Source: Stegostoma tigrinum
Lineage: Eukaryota
DNA: 49,129 nucleotides
Direction: 5' to 3'
Assembly: GCF_030684315.1 (NCBI RefSeq)
Contig: NW_026728244.1
Location: 124,001-173,129, forward strand
Part shown: positions 11,328-24,059 of the stretch, piece by piece
Layout: each line of letters opens with the position of its first letter
Position numbering within the stretch: position 1 is the stretch's first letter
The notes under the pieces: model-generated
Database searches by the model: none
The model's input: only the letters and a program-made list of their open reading frames with translations
What the model was told of the DNA's origin: nothing
Position numbers and translations under genes: made by a program

Positions 11328-14300
11328 GTAAGTGGTGTCGGGAGGGCGCAGGGGAGTGGGGGTGATGGGTGGAGAACTCTCCCTTATCTGAACCAAGAGA
11401 CAGGGAGGGTGGATTTAGAATGTGGAACAGCTCAGAAATGGGCCCTTCAGCCAGCAATGTTGTGCCAAATATGGTGTCATGAGCTAAATGGCGAAGCTCA
11501 GGGGTGGGGGGAGTCCAAAGCTAGAGGGGCATAGGTTTAAGGTGAGAAGGGGAAAGGGACCTGAGGGGTAACCTTTTCACACAGAGGGTGGTGCGTGTAC
11601 AGAACGAGCTGCCAGAGGAAGTGGTGGGGGCTGGTACAATTACAGCATTTACAACATGTCTGGATGGGTACCTCGATGGGAAGGGTTTAGAGGGATAGGG
11701 GCCAAGTACTGGCAAATGGGCCTGGGTTAGTTTACAATATCTGGTTCGGCACGGACGAGTTGTACGGAAAGATCTGTCTCTACGCTGTACAATGCTACAA
11801 CTCTCTGAATTAAACTAATCCTTTCTAACTGTCCTGTGTCCATATCCCTTCATTCCTTGCATATTCATGTGTTTATCTAAAAGTCTCTTAAGCGTCCCTA
11901 TCATATCTGCCTCCACCACCCCTCCTGGCAGTGCATTCCAGACACCTACCACTCTTGTGTACAAAAATTACTACCCCCTCACCTCGCCATTCAACTTCCC
12001 CCTCTCACCTTAAATGCGTCCCTCCTCCCACCGCACCCAGTATTAGACATTTCAAATCTGGGGAAAGGATTCTGGCTGTCAAACCGATCTGTGTATGTCA
12101 TAATTTTATAGACTTCTATCAAGTCTCGCCTCAGCCTCCACTTCTCCAGAGAAAACAACCTGAGTTTTTCTAGAGCCTCTGTAAAGCTCACACCCTCTCA
12201 TCCCGGCAAACTTCTTCTGAACTCTCTCTTGTTTGTCAATGTGACATTGGCAAGCGATTGTCCCCGGTTCAGCCCCACCCCCCCCAACTTTCATTCCCAG
12301 GTATCTCGCCCTCATCCAATAGGGTTGGTACTGTAGCCAGCGGACATTGCAGAGGGATCGAGGATACAGGAATGGGGGAGAAGAGGAGTGGTTTGTGAGA
12401 CCACTCTAGCTCTCCCAGCCATTCCGTTCCCCCAGGAGGACATGCCCTCCTCCTCTCTTCAATATCTCTCTTGATCTCAGAGACTGAGGTTTGGGGCCCC
12501 ATATCAGGGGAAAGATAGACCTACATTGGAGGCAGTCTAGAGAAACTTCACTCAACTGATCCCAGGGATGGAGGGACTGCCCTACAAGGAGAACATAGAA
12601 CACTACAGCGTAGTACAGGCCCTTTGGCCCTCGATGTTGTGCCGACCTGTGAAACCAAACTGAATTCCATCTAACCTACACTATTCCATTCTCCTCCATA
12701 TGTTTATCCAATGACCATTTAAATGCCCTTAAAGTTGGCGAGTCTACTATTGTAGGCAGGGCATTCCATTCCCTTAGTACTCTGAGTAAAGAACCTACCT
12801 CTGACTTCTGTCCTATATCTATCACTCCTCAATTTAAAGCCACGTCCCCTCGTGCTAGCCATCACCATCCGAGGAAAAAGGCTCTCACTGTCCACCCTAT
12901 CTAATTCTCTGACCATCTTGTCTGTCTCTCTTAAGTCACCTGTTAACCTTCTTCTCTCTAACGAAAACAGCCTCAAGTCCCTCAGCCTTTCCCCATTAGA
13001 TCTTCCTTCCATACCAGGCAACATCCTGGTAAATCTCCTCTGCACCCTTTCCAATGCTGCCACATCCTTCCTGTAATGCGGCGACCAGAACTGTACACAG
13101 TTCTCCAAGTGCGGACACACTAGAGTTTTGTACAGCTGCAACATGACCTCATGGCTCCAAAACTCAATCCCTCTACCAATAAAACCTAACATACCATACA
13201 CCGCCTTAACCCTATCAACCTGGGTGGCAACTTTCAGGGATCTATACATGTGGACACCGAGATCTCTCTGCTCATTCACACTGCCAAGAATCTTACCATT
13301 AGCCCAGTATTCCTGTTACTCCTTCCAAAGTGAATCACCTCACGCTTTTCCACATTAAATTCCATTTGCCACCTCTCAGCCCAGCCCTGCAGTTTATCTA
13401 TGTCCCTCTGTAACCTACAACATCCTTTGTCACTATCCACAACGCCCGACTTTAGCATCATCTGCAAATTTACTAACCCATCCTGGGCCCGTACCTCCTG
13501 GAGTTTAGGAGAACGAGAGGTGACCATATTGAAACAGAAAAGGGGGGACCTGACGGGAGATGTGGAGAGATCATTTCCCCCCTTGTGTGGGAGAGTCTAG
13601 GACCACACGGGGCATCATCTCAGAGTAAGGGGGTTGCCCATTGAAGACAGAGATGGGGAGCAATTTCTTCCCTCTGAGGGGAGTGAGACTGTGGAGTTCA
13701 TCACCGCAGTGGGCTGTCGGGGCTATGTTGTTCAGAGCTGATCTTTTTAATCAAGAAGGGGAATCAAGTGGTTATATTCAAGGCTGATATTTTTAACCAG
13801 CAAGTGGAATCGAAGAGTTATATTTGAGGCTGAGATAGACACAAGTTTAATTAGGACAGGGGAATCGAGGGGTTATGTATAATCATAGAATCTCTACAGT
13901 GTAGAAACAGGCCTATGGGCCCAACAAGGCCACACCAATCCTCAGAGCATCCCACCCAGACCCATGCCCCTATAACCCACATAATATACACACCACCGAA
14001 CACTACGGGCAATTTAGCATGACCAATCTACGCAGCCCGCACATCTTTGGGAGGAACCCAGAGGAAGCGCACGCAGACATGGGGAGAATGTGCAAACTGC
14101 ACACAGACAGTCACCTGAGGATGGAATCGAACCCGGGTCCCTGGCGCTGTGAGGCAGCAGTGCTGACCACGGAGCCACCGTGCCGCCCTAATATTTGAGA
14201 CCGAGGGATTTTTAATCAGGAAGGGCAAATCAATGGTTATGGGGATAAAGGCAGGAAAGTGGAGTTGAGTTTAAAAGTGATGTAAGATGCGTGATTTAAC

Positions 14301-17300
14301 ATGGTTTCTTTCAGAGTTTGAGGTTGAACGTGTGGCACATCTGTTTATTGTGGGCCTGAATAGACTGAATGGTCGACTTGAATATCTGTAGCCATGGTGA
14401 TTTAGGAAAAAACAACACGAGAAAGACAGAGTTCCTGGTGTGTCATGGGGTTGGGTTTTCTCTAGGAGAGTTGGTGAGTGAGCAACATAAACTGTGTAGC
14501 TCACGGTTTAGAAAATTCTGGAAACCGTGTTTATTTTTAAAGGCTAAAAGCGCGAAGTGAGCGATAGGGTTTCAGTTCAGGTAGTTTTGTATGGTGAAGC
14601 TTGGGCTAGGGTAAAACAATCTCTCCTGAGAAAGGGGGTTCCCAACCTTTTAGAAATTAGTTACCTCCATGAAAGGAGGTTATTTTGAGAGCTCCAGGCC
14701 CAAAGTGTTTGGTTAAAGCCTTGAAGGGGCTCTTTGAAGCTCAGAAAGTCTAAGCTCAGTTGTATGATGGCTAAAGGAAGGGACTATCGGGTTCCTGTAA
14801 CCAGTGTTTGAAACAAGAGCCAAGTCAAAACCTTTGTGAGATGCAAATTCTGTCAGGGATTTGAGTGTCATAATTGGAATCATATTTTACCAGGCGTTGC
14901 AAAATTGTGAAACGTGTATACAGACAAATGGTTTGGACTTCCTCGGTTAATTTCATATCTGTTACGTGACAACCTTCTGCTCTATTGCGCAAACCAAATC
15001 TACAATTTATATTTCAGTGGAAGACCAGTTCATTATAAACGTTGAAAAGGATCTATCCAGCCACATTTCAGCCTGGAATTGAAATGTCCACCAGGTCCCG
15101 TGAACTGCCAGAGCAGATGTGAAGGGACAGGTGGCTGACCCCTGCTCCGATATCTTATGGTCTAATTTGCGAGTCAGGATGACAGGCAAAACACACCCCC
15201 ACCACCCCCCCCCCCCCAACCTAGCCCACCACATGAGTTAACCCCCAAGGGCAACAATTGGTGACTCAGCTTCACGAAGTCAAGCTGTGGCTCTGGAGAA
15301 TGTTGACACATCAATTGGTGTCACAGCAGCCAAGAGATGCCAACATCGCAGACATTTTACAGCCAGGGAGAACACATCCTCCGCAAATCCAGCCCCTATA
15401 CCCACTCCCTATCTCTGTCACCTCCTCCCGCCCCCTACACCCCCTTCCTGTCCCTGTCACCTCCTCCAGCCCCCTACAGCCCCTCCCTATCTCTGTAACA
15501 CCCTCCATCCCCCTACACCCCCTCCCTGTCTCCATCACCTCCTCCAACCCTCTACACCCCCTCCCCATCCCTGTCACCCCCTCCAGCCCCCTACACCCCC
15601 TCTCTATCTCCATCACCCCTTCCATCCTCCTACACCCCCTCCCGATCTCCATTACCCCCTCCAGCCCCCTACACCCCTTCCCCATCTCTGTCACCCCCTC
15701 CAGCTCCCTACACCCCCTCCCTATCTCTGTCACCCCCTACACCCCCTCCCTATCTCTGTCACGCCCTCCAGCCCCCTACACCCCCTCCCTATCTCCGTCA
15801 CCCCCTCCAGCCCCCTACACCCCCTCCCTATCTCTGTCACCCCCTCCATCCCCCTACACCCCCCTCCCTATCTCCGTCACCCCCTCCATCCCCTGACACC
15901 CCCTTCCTATCTCTGTCACCCCCTACACCCCCTCCCTATCTCTGTCTCCCCCTCCAGCCCCCTCCACCCTCTGCCTATCTCCGTCACCCCCTCCAGCCCC
16001 CTACACCCCCCCTATCTCTGTCACCCCCTCCAGCTCCCTACACCCCCTCCCTATCCCTGTCGCCTCCTGCAGCCCCCTACACCTCCTCCAGCCCCCTACA
16101 CCCCCTCCCCATCTCTGTCACCCCCTCCAGCCCCCTACACCCCCTCCCTATCTCTGTCACCCCCTCCATCCCCCTACACCCCCTCCCTATCTCTGTCACC
16201 CCCTCCAGCCCCCTACACCCCCTCCCTATCTCTGTCACCCCCTCCAGCCCCCTACACCCCCTCCCTATCTCTGTCACCCCCTCCAGCCCCCTACACCCCC
16301 TCCCTATCTCTGTCACCCCCTCCAGCCCCCTACACCCCCTCCCTATCTCTGTCACGCCCTCCAGCCCCCTACACCCCCTCCCCATCTCTGTCACCCCCTC
16401 CATCCCCCTACACCCCCCTCCCTATCTCCGTCTCCCCCTCCAGCCCCCGCCACCCTCTGCCTATCTCCGTCACCCCCTCCAGCCCCCTACACCCCCCCTA
16501 TCTCTGTCACCTCGTCCAGCTCCCTACACCCCCTCCCTATCTCTGTCACCTCCCCCAGCCCTGTAAACCCCCTCCCTATCCCTGTCACCTCCTGCAGCCC
16601 CCTATACCCCCTCCCTATCCCTGTCGCCTCCTGCAGCCCCCTACACCTCCTCCAGCCCCCTACACCCCCTCCCCATCTCTGTCACCCCCTCCAGTCCCCT
16701 ACACCCCCTCCCTATCTCTGTCACCCCCTCCAGCCCCCTACACCCCCTCCCTATCTCTGTCACCCCCTCCATCCCCCTACACCCCCTCCCTATCTCTGTC
16801 ACCCCCTCCATCCCCCTACACCCCCTCCCTATCTCTGTCACCCCCTCCAGCCCCCTACACCCCCTCCCTATCTCTGTCACCCCCTCCATCCCCCTACACC
16901 CCGTCCCTATCTCTGTCACCCCCTCCATCCCCCTACACCCCCTCCCTATCTCTGTCACCCCCTCCAGCTCCCTACACCCCCTCCCTATCTCTGTCACCCC
17001 CTCCATCCCCCTACACCCCCTCCCTATCTCTGTCACCCCCTCCAGCCCCCTACACCCCCTCCCTATCTCTGTCACCCCCTCCAGCCCCCTACACCCCCTC
17101 CCTATCTCTGTCACCCCCTCCAGCCCCCTACACCCCCCTCCCTATCTCTGTCACCCCCTCCAGCCCCCTACACCCCCTCCCTATCTCTGTCACCCCCTCC
17201 AGCCCCCTACACCCTTTACGTCGGTTCTGACTGAGAGCAATTATTCCCAAACAGACCTGAAGCCATGACAAGTGTAAGTGACCCTTCCCTGAGCTTATGA

Positions 17301-20300
17301 CAATGAACCTCTAACAGCTCGTCAATTCTGACTGTTTGCACTTCGGCACTAACTGGCCCTGTGCTCTGAGTAATTGTGAATCATCCTGAAATGGCTGACA
17401 ACATTTGCATCAGACTATGAGTGACCCCAAGCTGTGAAACTGATGCCCGTCAGGATCTAAGTGACCCCATTAAAGGCAATTTCCTTTAAACCTCCCTGAA
17501 GTGGCGACTAACAGCTCCTGAGCTCTACCTGAAGCAATTAGCCTGAAGCTGACCTTCTGCTAAGACAAATGCAGTTAACCCCTGACAGGCAGTGGGTTGC
17601 ACGACCAGGCATCCAGCTTCTGAACGAGCCCCAGGCTCCCCTCTGACCGACTCGGCCCACCTTCATTCGGGTGACCACCTGTCGTTGCTTTCCTTTGCCA
17701 GGCCTCCACATTCTGCACGTGCTGTGCGACTGCGTCTACAGGGAGCAGCGGACCATTGTATCGTGGGAGGATGCTTACGATGGTGCCACCATAATGTACT
17801 ACGACCTGGCAAACAAGAGCTTCGTAGCAACACAGCCTTTCGCGCAGGGACAGGCAGACAGACGCAATTCAAACGGAGACTTTGTTCAGTCCGTCCCTCA
17901 GCAGATTGGCAGCCTGTGTGAGAAAATTAAGCAAACAGCGATCTTAACACACGTCAGCCAGCGGCAAATAGGTAGGGCTTCTCTTTTTTCTTTCTTTATT
18001 TACAATATCAAGATCAGAGCAGTGACACTCCCTCTCTCCATCACCGATGCACAGTGGGGGCTGAGCTCCAACACTCCCTCTCTCCACCACTGATGCACAG
18101 TGGGGGCTGAGGTTATTAGGAATGCTCGGCTAAGCTCCACATCTCTCTCTCCCTCCATCATCGATGCACAGAAGCAGCTGGGCCTTTTTAGGAATGATCA
18201 GCTAAGGTCCAACACTCCCTCCTTCCACGACCGAGGCACAGCACAAGCTGGACTCATTAGGAATGCTCGGCTGAGCTCCAACACTGTACTGGGTCAAATT
18301 CCCTGACCCTAACCCTGTGACTAATGACAATTAACCTCTAAACTGACCCAATCCCATAAATAATATCAATCCCTAGACTGTCTGTACTGGGGAGGGTTAG
18401 GAGATAGAGCAGGGTCCTGAGGCCTGTGAAAGTGGGGGAAGGGTGGCTCATCAGCTGTTTGGGCGTCACTTTACGAAGAGCTGTAGTTTCTGACAACTGT
18501 AAACTCTAACCCCGTGCCACGTCTGGGTCCACAGCCCCCACGTCCGTCAGAGCGTTTATGGAGGAGCGGGCCGGGCAGAGGTCGCTGCTGTGTGAGGTGA
18601 GGAATTTTTTCCCAGCGGATATTACTGTGAGCTGGCTGAGAGACGGTGCGGTCGTCGCCGACAGTTCAGAGACGGTGACGGTCGTGCCTCAGAGGGATCG
18701 GACGTACCAGGCCTGGACCCGTCTCACGCTGAGGGGTGACATGGGCGGTTCGTATTTCTGCCAGGTGGAGCATCAGGCCATCACCGGGAAAGTCCTCATC
18801 CCGCTTGGTAAGATCCCAAGGAATGGCAGTCCCTGTCCCCCTTTCACCCACACTGTGCCAAATCTCCACACTAAACCCAAATATTTACACGTTCAACAAA
18901 CAGGCCATCGTGGGGCACGCGGGCATCACTGGGAAGGCATTTGCTGCCCATCCCTTCCCCTCTCCCACCCCTCCGATTGCCCCTTCTCAGTGTCTCAGAG
19001 GGGCAGTTAACAGGCAAGCACCTCACTGCTGGCCTGGAGTCACATGTAGCAGCGGTTGGCACCTCCTTCGCTACAGATCCAGGCGGAATTTTAACCACAA
19101 TCTGGGGTCTCAAAGTCGGGGGGGGTGGGGGGTGGTGAGGGGAGGGGTGGTGCTTTCTTCTTGTTAATTCATTGTGTTAAAACTCCCTCCCATCCACCTG
19201 CCAGGGTTAGGACTTGAACCTGTGATGCCCGCCTATAGAGGGGTGGGGTGGGTGGGTTGGTGTGGGCAGGGGATCTGTGTCCCAGGGATATTCCCACAAG
19301 GGGTATTGTGGGAAGTAACGAGGGGAAAATGTGCTGGGGTGGGGGGGGTTCCTGTGCGGGTGTCACAAACAAAAAGTAAATTCTAACCCCTCTCCCCCCA
19401 CCCACCCAACTCTCTGACTGCCCCCTTTCCTCAGAAAGTGACGCGACCATCACTAGTGAAACAGCATTGACCATCATTGGGGCAGTCCTGGGCCTCCTGG
19501 GATTGAGCTTCGCACTGGTCGCTGCCATTCTCTACTGCCGCTTCTTCAACCGTAAGCAACGATGTTCCCTTGGGATACAGGAGCCCACAGACGGGAGTGG
19601 AGAGAAGGAGAGAGGACAAAATGGGAGCGAGAGAGCGTGGGAGAGAGGGAGAGAATGGGAGAGGGAGAGAGAGAAAATGGGACAGAATGGGAGAGACAGA
19701 GAGAATGGGAGGGAGAGAGAGAGAATGGGATAGGGAGAGAGAATGGGAAAGAGAGAGACAGAGAGAGGGAGGGAGAGAGAGAGAGAGAGAGACGGGGGAG
19801 AGAGAGAGAGAGATGGGGAGAGGGAGGAAGAGAGATGGAGTGAGGGAGTGAGGGAGACGGGGAGAGGGAGTGAGCAAGGCACTGGGAGAAGTAGTAGGAG
19901 TGTGAGAGAGGGAGAGCGATCCCTGATGGAATCGAGTGGAAAATGGGAGGCCTTGTCTGCGGGGGGTGGGGAGATCAGTGAGGGCCTGAGCCTGGACTGA
20001 ACCTGTCCCTTTGTCTGTTTGTCCGGCAGGTTGTTCCCGAGTGTGTGTCAACCCGACAGGTGAGAGAGACTGTCCCTTCACCGCGGTCTTCATTCCGAGG
20101 GGGGGGGGGGAGGGTGGTGGGAAATATGCTGGAGGCAGCGCGGCAATAATTCCAACACCGTGGTCTCCGTCCCTCTTCCAGCAAAGTTCACCAGCCGTGG
20201 AGGAGTTCCATGTCGCTCCAATCTGTGCAACAGCAGTGTCCGATCCAGCAGCTCCGACACTTCCAACACCAGCACCACGTCAGGTAACAGCGAGGCTGGG

Positions 20301-22352
20301 AATCTGGGAATGGCACCCTCGGGAGTCTGGGAACGGCACCCTCGGGAATCTGGGAGTGGCACCCTCGGGGGACTGGGAACGGCACCCTCGGGAGTCTGGG
20401 AACGGTACCCTCGGGAATCTGGGAATGGCACCCTCGGGGGACTGGGAACAGCACCCTCGGGAGTCTGGGAACGGTACCCTCGGGAATCTGGGAGTGGCAC
20501 CCTCGGGAGACTGGGAACGGCACCCTCGGGAGTCTGGGAACGGTACCCTCGGGAATCTGGGAGTGGCACCCTCGGGAGACTGGGAACGGCACCCTCGGGA
20601 GTCTGGGAACGGTACCCTCGGGAATCTGGGAGTGGCACCCTCGGGGGACTGGGAACAGCACCCTCGGGAGTCTGGGAATGGCACCCTCGGGGGACTGGGA
20701 ACAGCACCCTCGGGAGTCTGGGAACGGTACCCTCGGGAATCTGGGGGTGGCACCCTCGGGAGACTGGGAACGGCACCCTCGGGAGTCTGGGAACGGTACC
20801 CTCGGGAATCTGGGAATGGCACCCTCGGGGGACTGGGAACAGCACCCTCGGGAGTCTGGGAACGGTACCCTCGGGAATCTGGGAGTGGCACCCTCGGGAG
20901 ACTGGGAACGGCACCCTCGGGAGTCTGGGAACGGTACCCTCGGGAATCTGGGAGTGGCACCCTCGGGAGTCTGGGAATGGCACCCTCGGGAGTCTGGGAA
21001 CGGTACCCTCGGGAATCTGGGAATGGCACCCTCGGGAGACTGGGAACGGCACCCTCGGGAATCTGGGAACGGCACCCTCGGGGGACTGGGAACAGCACCC
21101 TCGGGAGTCTGGGAACGGTACCCTCGGGAATCTGGGAGTGGCACCCTCGGGAGACTGGGAACGGCACCCTCGGGAGTCTGGGAACGGTACCCTCGGGAAT
21201 CTGGGAGTGGCACCCTCGGGAGTCTGGGAACGGCACCCTCGGGAGTCTGGGAACGGTACCCTCGGGAATCTGGGAATGGCACCCTCGGGAGACTGGGAAC
21301 GGCACCCTCGGGAGTCTGGGAACGGTACCCTCGGGAATCTGGGAATGGCACCCTCGGGAGTCTGGGAACGGCACCCTCGGGAGACTGGGAACGGTATCCT
21401 CGGGAATCTGGGAATGGCACCCTCGGGAGACTGGGAACGGCACCCTCGGGAGTCTGGGAACGGTACCCTCGGGAATCTGGGAATGGCACCCTCGGGAGAC
21501 TGGGAACGGCACCCTCGGGAGTCTGGGAACAGCACCCTCGAGAGTCTGGGAACGGTACCCTCAGGAATCTGGGAACGGTACCCTCAGGAGTCTGGGAACG
21601 GTACCCTCAGGAATCTGGGAATGGTACCCTCGGGAATCTGGGAATAGCACCCTCGGGGGACTGGGAACAGCACCCTCGGGAGTCTGGGAACGGTACCCTC
21701 GGGAATCTGGGAGTGGCACCCTCGGGAGACTGGGAACGGCACCCTTGGGAGTCTGGGAACGGTACCCTCGGGAGTCTGGGAACGGTACCCTCGGGAATCT
21801 GGGAATGGCACCCTCGGGAGACTGGGAACGGCACCCTCGGGAGTCTGGGAACGGCACCCTCAGGAGTCTGGGAACGGTACCCTCAGGAATCTGGGAACGG
21901 TACCTTTGGGAATCTGGGAATGGAACCTTCTGGAATCTGGGAACGGGATTTCGGGAATGTGGGACTGGTACGCTCGGGAACCTGGGAACAGAACCCTCAG
22001 AAATCTGGGAATGGCATTCTCGGGAATCAGGGCAAGCGACCCTTGAGAATTTGGGAGCGGGATCCTCGGAAAACTGGGAATGCGTCCCTCGGGGAATCTG
22101 GGAGCAGCTCTGAACCTGGGATGGAGAGGGGAGAGGACAGTGGAGCAGGGCAGGGGAGGGAAGGAGAGAGGAGGAGATGGGGAGGGGCAGGACGGCAAAG
22201 GAGAGGATGGGCAGAGGGCGGAATGCAGGTTTAGGGGAGGAGAAGGAAGAGAAGGGAGATAGGCAGGAAAGCGGGATTTTCCCAATGAGTGAAGCTGACC
22301 TCTTGCCTCTTTCCCCTTTACAGCTGACAATCTGACCAAAACCCACGCCTGA
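11255..22352 (+). CDS. WB: MHC W-category beta chain, pair 1 (7 coding exons, about 297 aa)
   Basis: Exons 11255-11327, 17702-17971, 18535-18807, 19435-19551, 20030-20059, 20182-20283, 22324-22352; all GT-AG, all phase 1, open frame. Leader MPALYQWALLTAVASVLEVTGSSG; beta1 GLHILHVLCDC...DAYDG...SLCEKIK; C1-Ig LLCEVRNFFP..SWLRDG..VPQRDRTYQ..YFCQVEH; TM IIGAVLGLLGLSFALVAAILY; AATAAA at 22541. Confidence 0.85.
11500..12240. mobile_element. two CR1 3' fragments in opposite orientation
   Basis: FKVRG..FFTQRVV-like segment on plus; LFSLEKWRLRRDLIEVYKIM on minus. Confidence 0.65.
12590..13482 (-). mobile_element. CR1 LINE 3' fragment
   Basis: ORFs 12719-13279 and 13276-13527 encode RT C-terminal motifs. 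Confidence 0.85.
13880..14189 (-). mobile_element. tRNA-derived SINE (HE1-like)
   Basis: Minus strand begins gggcggcacggtggctccgtggtcagcactgctgcctcacagcgccagggacccgggttcgattcc (A and B boxes) and has a LINE-like tail. Confidence 0.75.
15390..17215. repeat. minisatellite, 39-bp unit, C-rich (WB-1 intron 1)
   Basis: (cccctccagccccctacaccccctccctatctctgtcac)n. Confidence 0.95.
17702..17971 (+). CDS. WB: WB-1 exon 2, beta1 groove domain
   Basis: 270 nt, phase 1-1; Cys pair equivalent to class I alpha2 C101-C164; AYDG motif. Confidence 0.9.
18535..18807 (+). CDS. WB: WB-1 exon 3, beta2 C1-set Ig domain
   Basis: 273 nt, phase 1-1; C..FFP..W..YFCQVEH. Confidence 0.92.
19435..19551 (+). CDS. WB: WB-1 exon 4, TM
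   Basis: ESDATITSETALTIIGAVLGLLGLSFALVAAILYCRFFN; ttcctcag acceptor, gtaagc donor. Confidence 0.85.
20030..20283 (+). CDS. WB: WB-1 cytoplasmic exons 5 (20030-20059) and 6 (20182-20283)
   Basis: 30-nt and 102-nt phase 1-1 exons with good splice sites: RCSRVCVNPT / AKFTSRGGVPCRSNLCNSSVRSSSSDTSNTSTTS. Confidence 0.65.
20296..22100. repeat. minisatellite, 23-bp unit with trimeric higher order (WB-1 last intron)
   Basis: (ctgggaacggcaccctcgggagt)n variants. Confidence 0.95.
22324..22352 (+). CDS. WB: WB-1 terminal coding exon
   Basis: ttcccctttacag acceptor, ADNLTKTHA-TGA, AATAAA about 190 nt downstream. Confidence 0.65.
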
Positions 22353-22540
22353 CCTTCCGGTTCTCACAAACGGATTGGGTGCGGGTGGGGGAGTGGGCAG
22401 TGATGGCAGTAACCTGGGGTTGGGACTCGGGGTGGCCCTGTGTACACACATCATCCGTCAGGATCTCCCCAAACCACCAGCAGAGAGCAAGAAGCGGAGA
22501 CAGAGGATGGACGGTTTCACCAGCAGGACTACCGGCCTCA

Positions 22541-22546
22541 AATAAA
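22541..22546 (+). promoter_or_regulatory. polyadenylation signal of WB-1
   Basis: AATAAA downstream of the predicted stop and just before a TG-rich tandem array. Confidence 0.55.
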
Positions 22547-22559
22547 ACCTCCGAATAAC

Positions 22560-24056
22560 CGTGTGTTACAGACCCTGTCTCCATGTGTTACCGACACCGT
22601 CTCCGTGTGTTACAGACACTGTCTCTGTGTGTTACAGACCCCGTCTCCGTGTGTTACAGACACTGTCTCTGTGTGTTACAGACACTGTCTCCGTGTGTTA
22701 CAGACCCCGTCTCCGTGTGTTACAGACACTGTCTCCATGTGTTACAGACCCTGTCTCCGTGTGTTACAGACACTGTCTCTGTGTGTTACAGACACTGTCT
22801 CCGTGTGTTACAGACCCCGTCTCCGTGTGTTACCGACACCGTCTCCATGTGTTACAGACACTGTCTCCGTGTGTTACAGACACCGTCTCCGTGTGTTACA
22901 GACACTGTCTCCGTGTGTTACAGACACTGTCTCTGTGTGTTACAGACACTATCTCTGAGTGTTACAGACCCCGTCTCTGTGTGTTACAGACAATGTCTCC
23001 GTGTGTTACAGACACTGTCTCTGTGTGTTACAGACCCCGTCTCTGTGTGTTACAGACACTGTCTCCGTGTGTTACAGACACTGTCTCCGTGTGCTACAGA
23101 CCCCGTCTCCGTGTGTTACAGACACTGTCTCTGTGTGTTACAGACCCCGTCTCTGTGTGTTATAGACCCCGTCTCTGTGTGTTACAGACACTGTCTCTGT
23201 GTGTTACAGACCCCGTCTCTGTGTGTTACAGACACTGTCTCCGTGTGTTACAGACCCCGTCTCCGTGTGTTACAGACACTGTCTCTGTGTGTTACAGACC
23301 CCATCTCTGTGTGTTATAGACCCCGTCTCTGTGTGTTACAGACACTGTCTCTGTGTGTTACAGACCCCGTCTCTGTGTGTTACAGACCCCGTCTCCATTT
23401 GTTACAGACCCCGTCTCTGTGTGTTACACTGTCTCTGTGTGTTACAGACACTGTCTCTGTGTGTTACAGACCCCGTCTCTGTGTGTTACAGACCCCGTCT
23501 CTGTGTGTTACAGACACTGTCTCTGTGTGTTACAGACCCCGTCTCTGTGTGTTACAGACACTGTCTCTGTGTGTTACAGACCCCGTCTCTGTGTGTTACA
23601 GACACTGTCTCTGTGTGTTACAGACCCCGTCTCTGTGTGTTACAGACACTGTCTCTGTGTGTTACAGACCCCGTCTCTGTGTGTTACAGACACCGTCTCT
23701 GTGTGTTACAGACCCCGTCTCTGTGTGTTACAGACACCGTCTCTGTGTGTTACAGACCCCGTCTCTGTGTGTTACAGACCCCGTCTCTGTGTGTTACAGA
23801 CACTGTCTCTGTGTGTTACAGACCCCGTCTCTGTGTGTTACAGACACTGTCTCTGTGTGTTACAGACCCCGTCTCTGTGTGTTATAGACACTGTCTCTGT
23901 GTGTTACAGACCCCGTCTCTGTGTGTTATAGACAGTGTCTCTGTGTGTTACAGACCCCGTCTCTGTGTGTTACAGACACCGTCTCCGTGTGTTACAGACC
24001 CCGTCTCCGTGTGTTACCGACACTGTCTCTGTGTGTTACCGACACCGTCTCCGTTT
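22560..24056. repeat. minisatellite, 22-bp unit
   Basis: (gtgttacagacactgtctctgt)n. Confidence 0.95.
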
Positions 24057-24059
24057 GTT

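Noticed and set aside
14281-15184. Possible solo LTR (TG...CA, AT-rich); similar impression at about 41993-42565
   Set aside because: No paired LTR, PBS or clear target duplication could be verified by eye.
15287-17230. 647-aa Pro-rich ORF and overlapping ORFs
   Set aside because: Translation of the 39-bp minisatellite inside WB-1 intron 1; several frames are open.
20011-22454. 400-700-aa ORFs in all six frames
   Set aside because: Stop-free 23-bp tandem repeat; only the short exons at 20030-20059, 20182-20283 and 22324-22352 have splice support.
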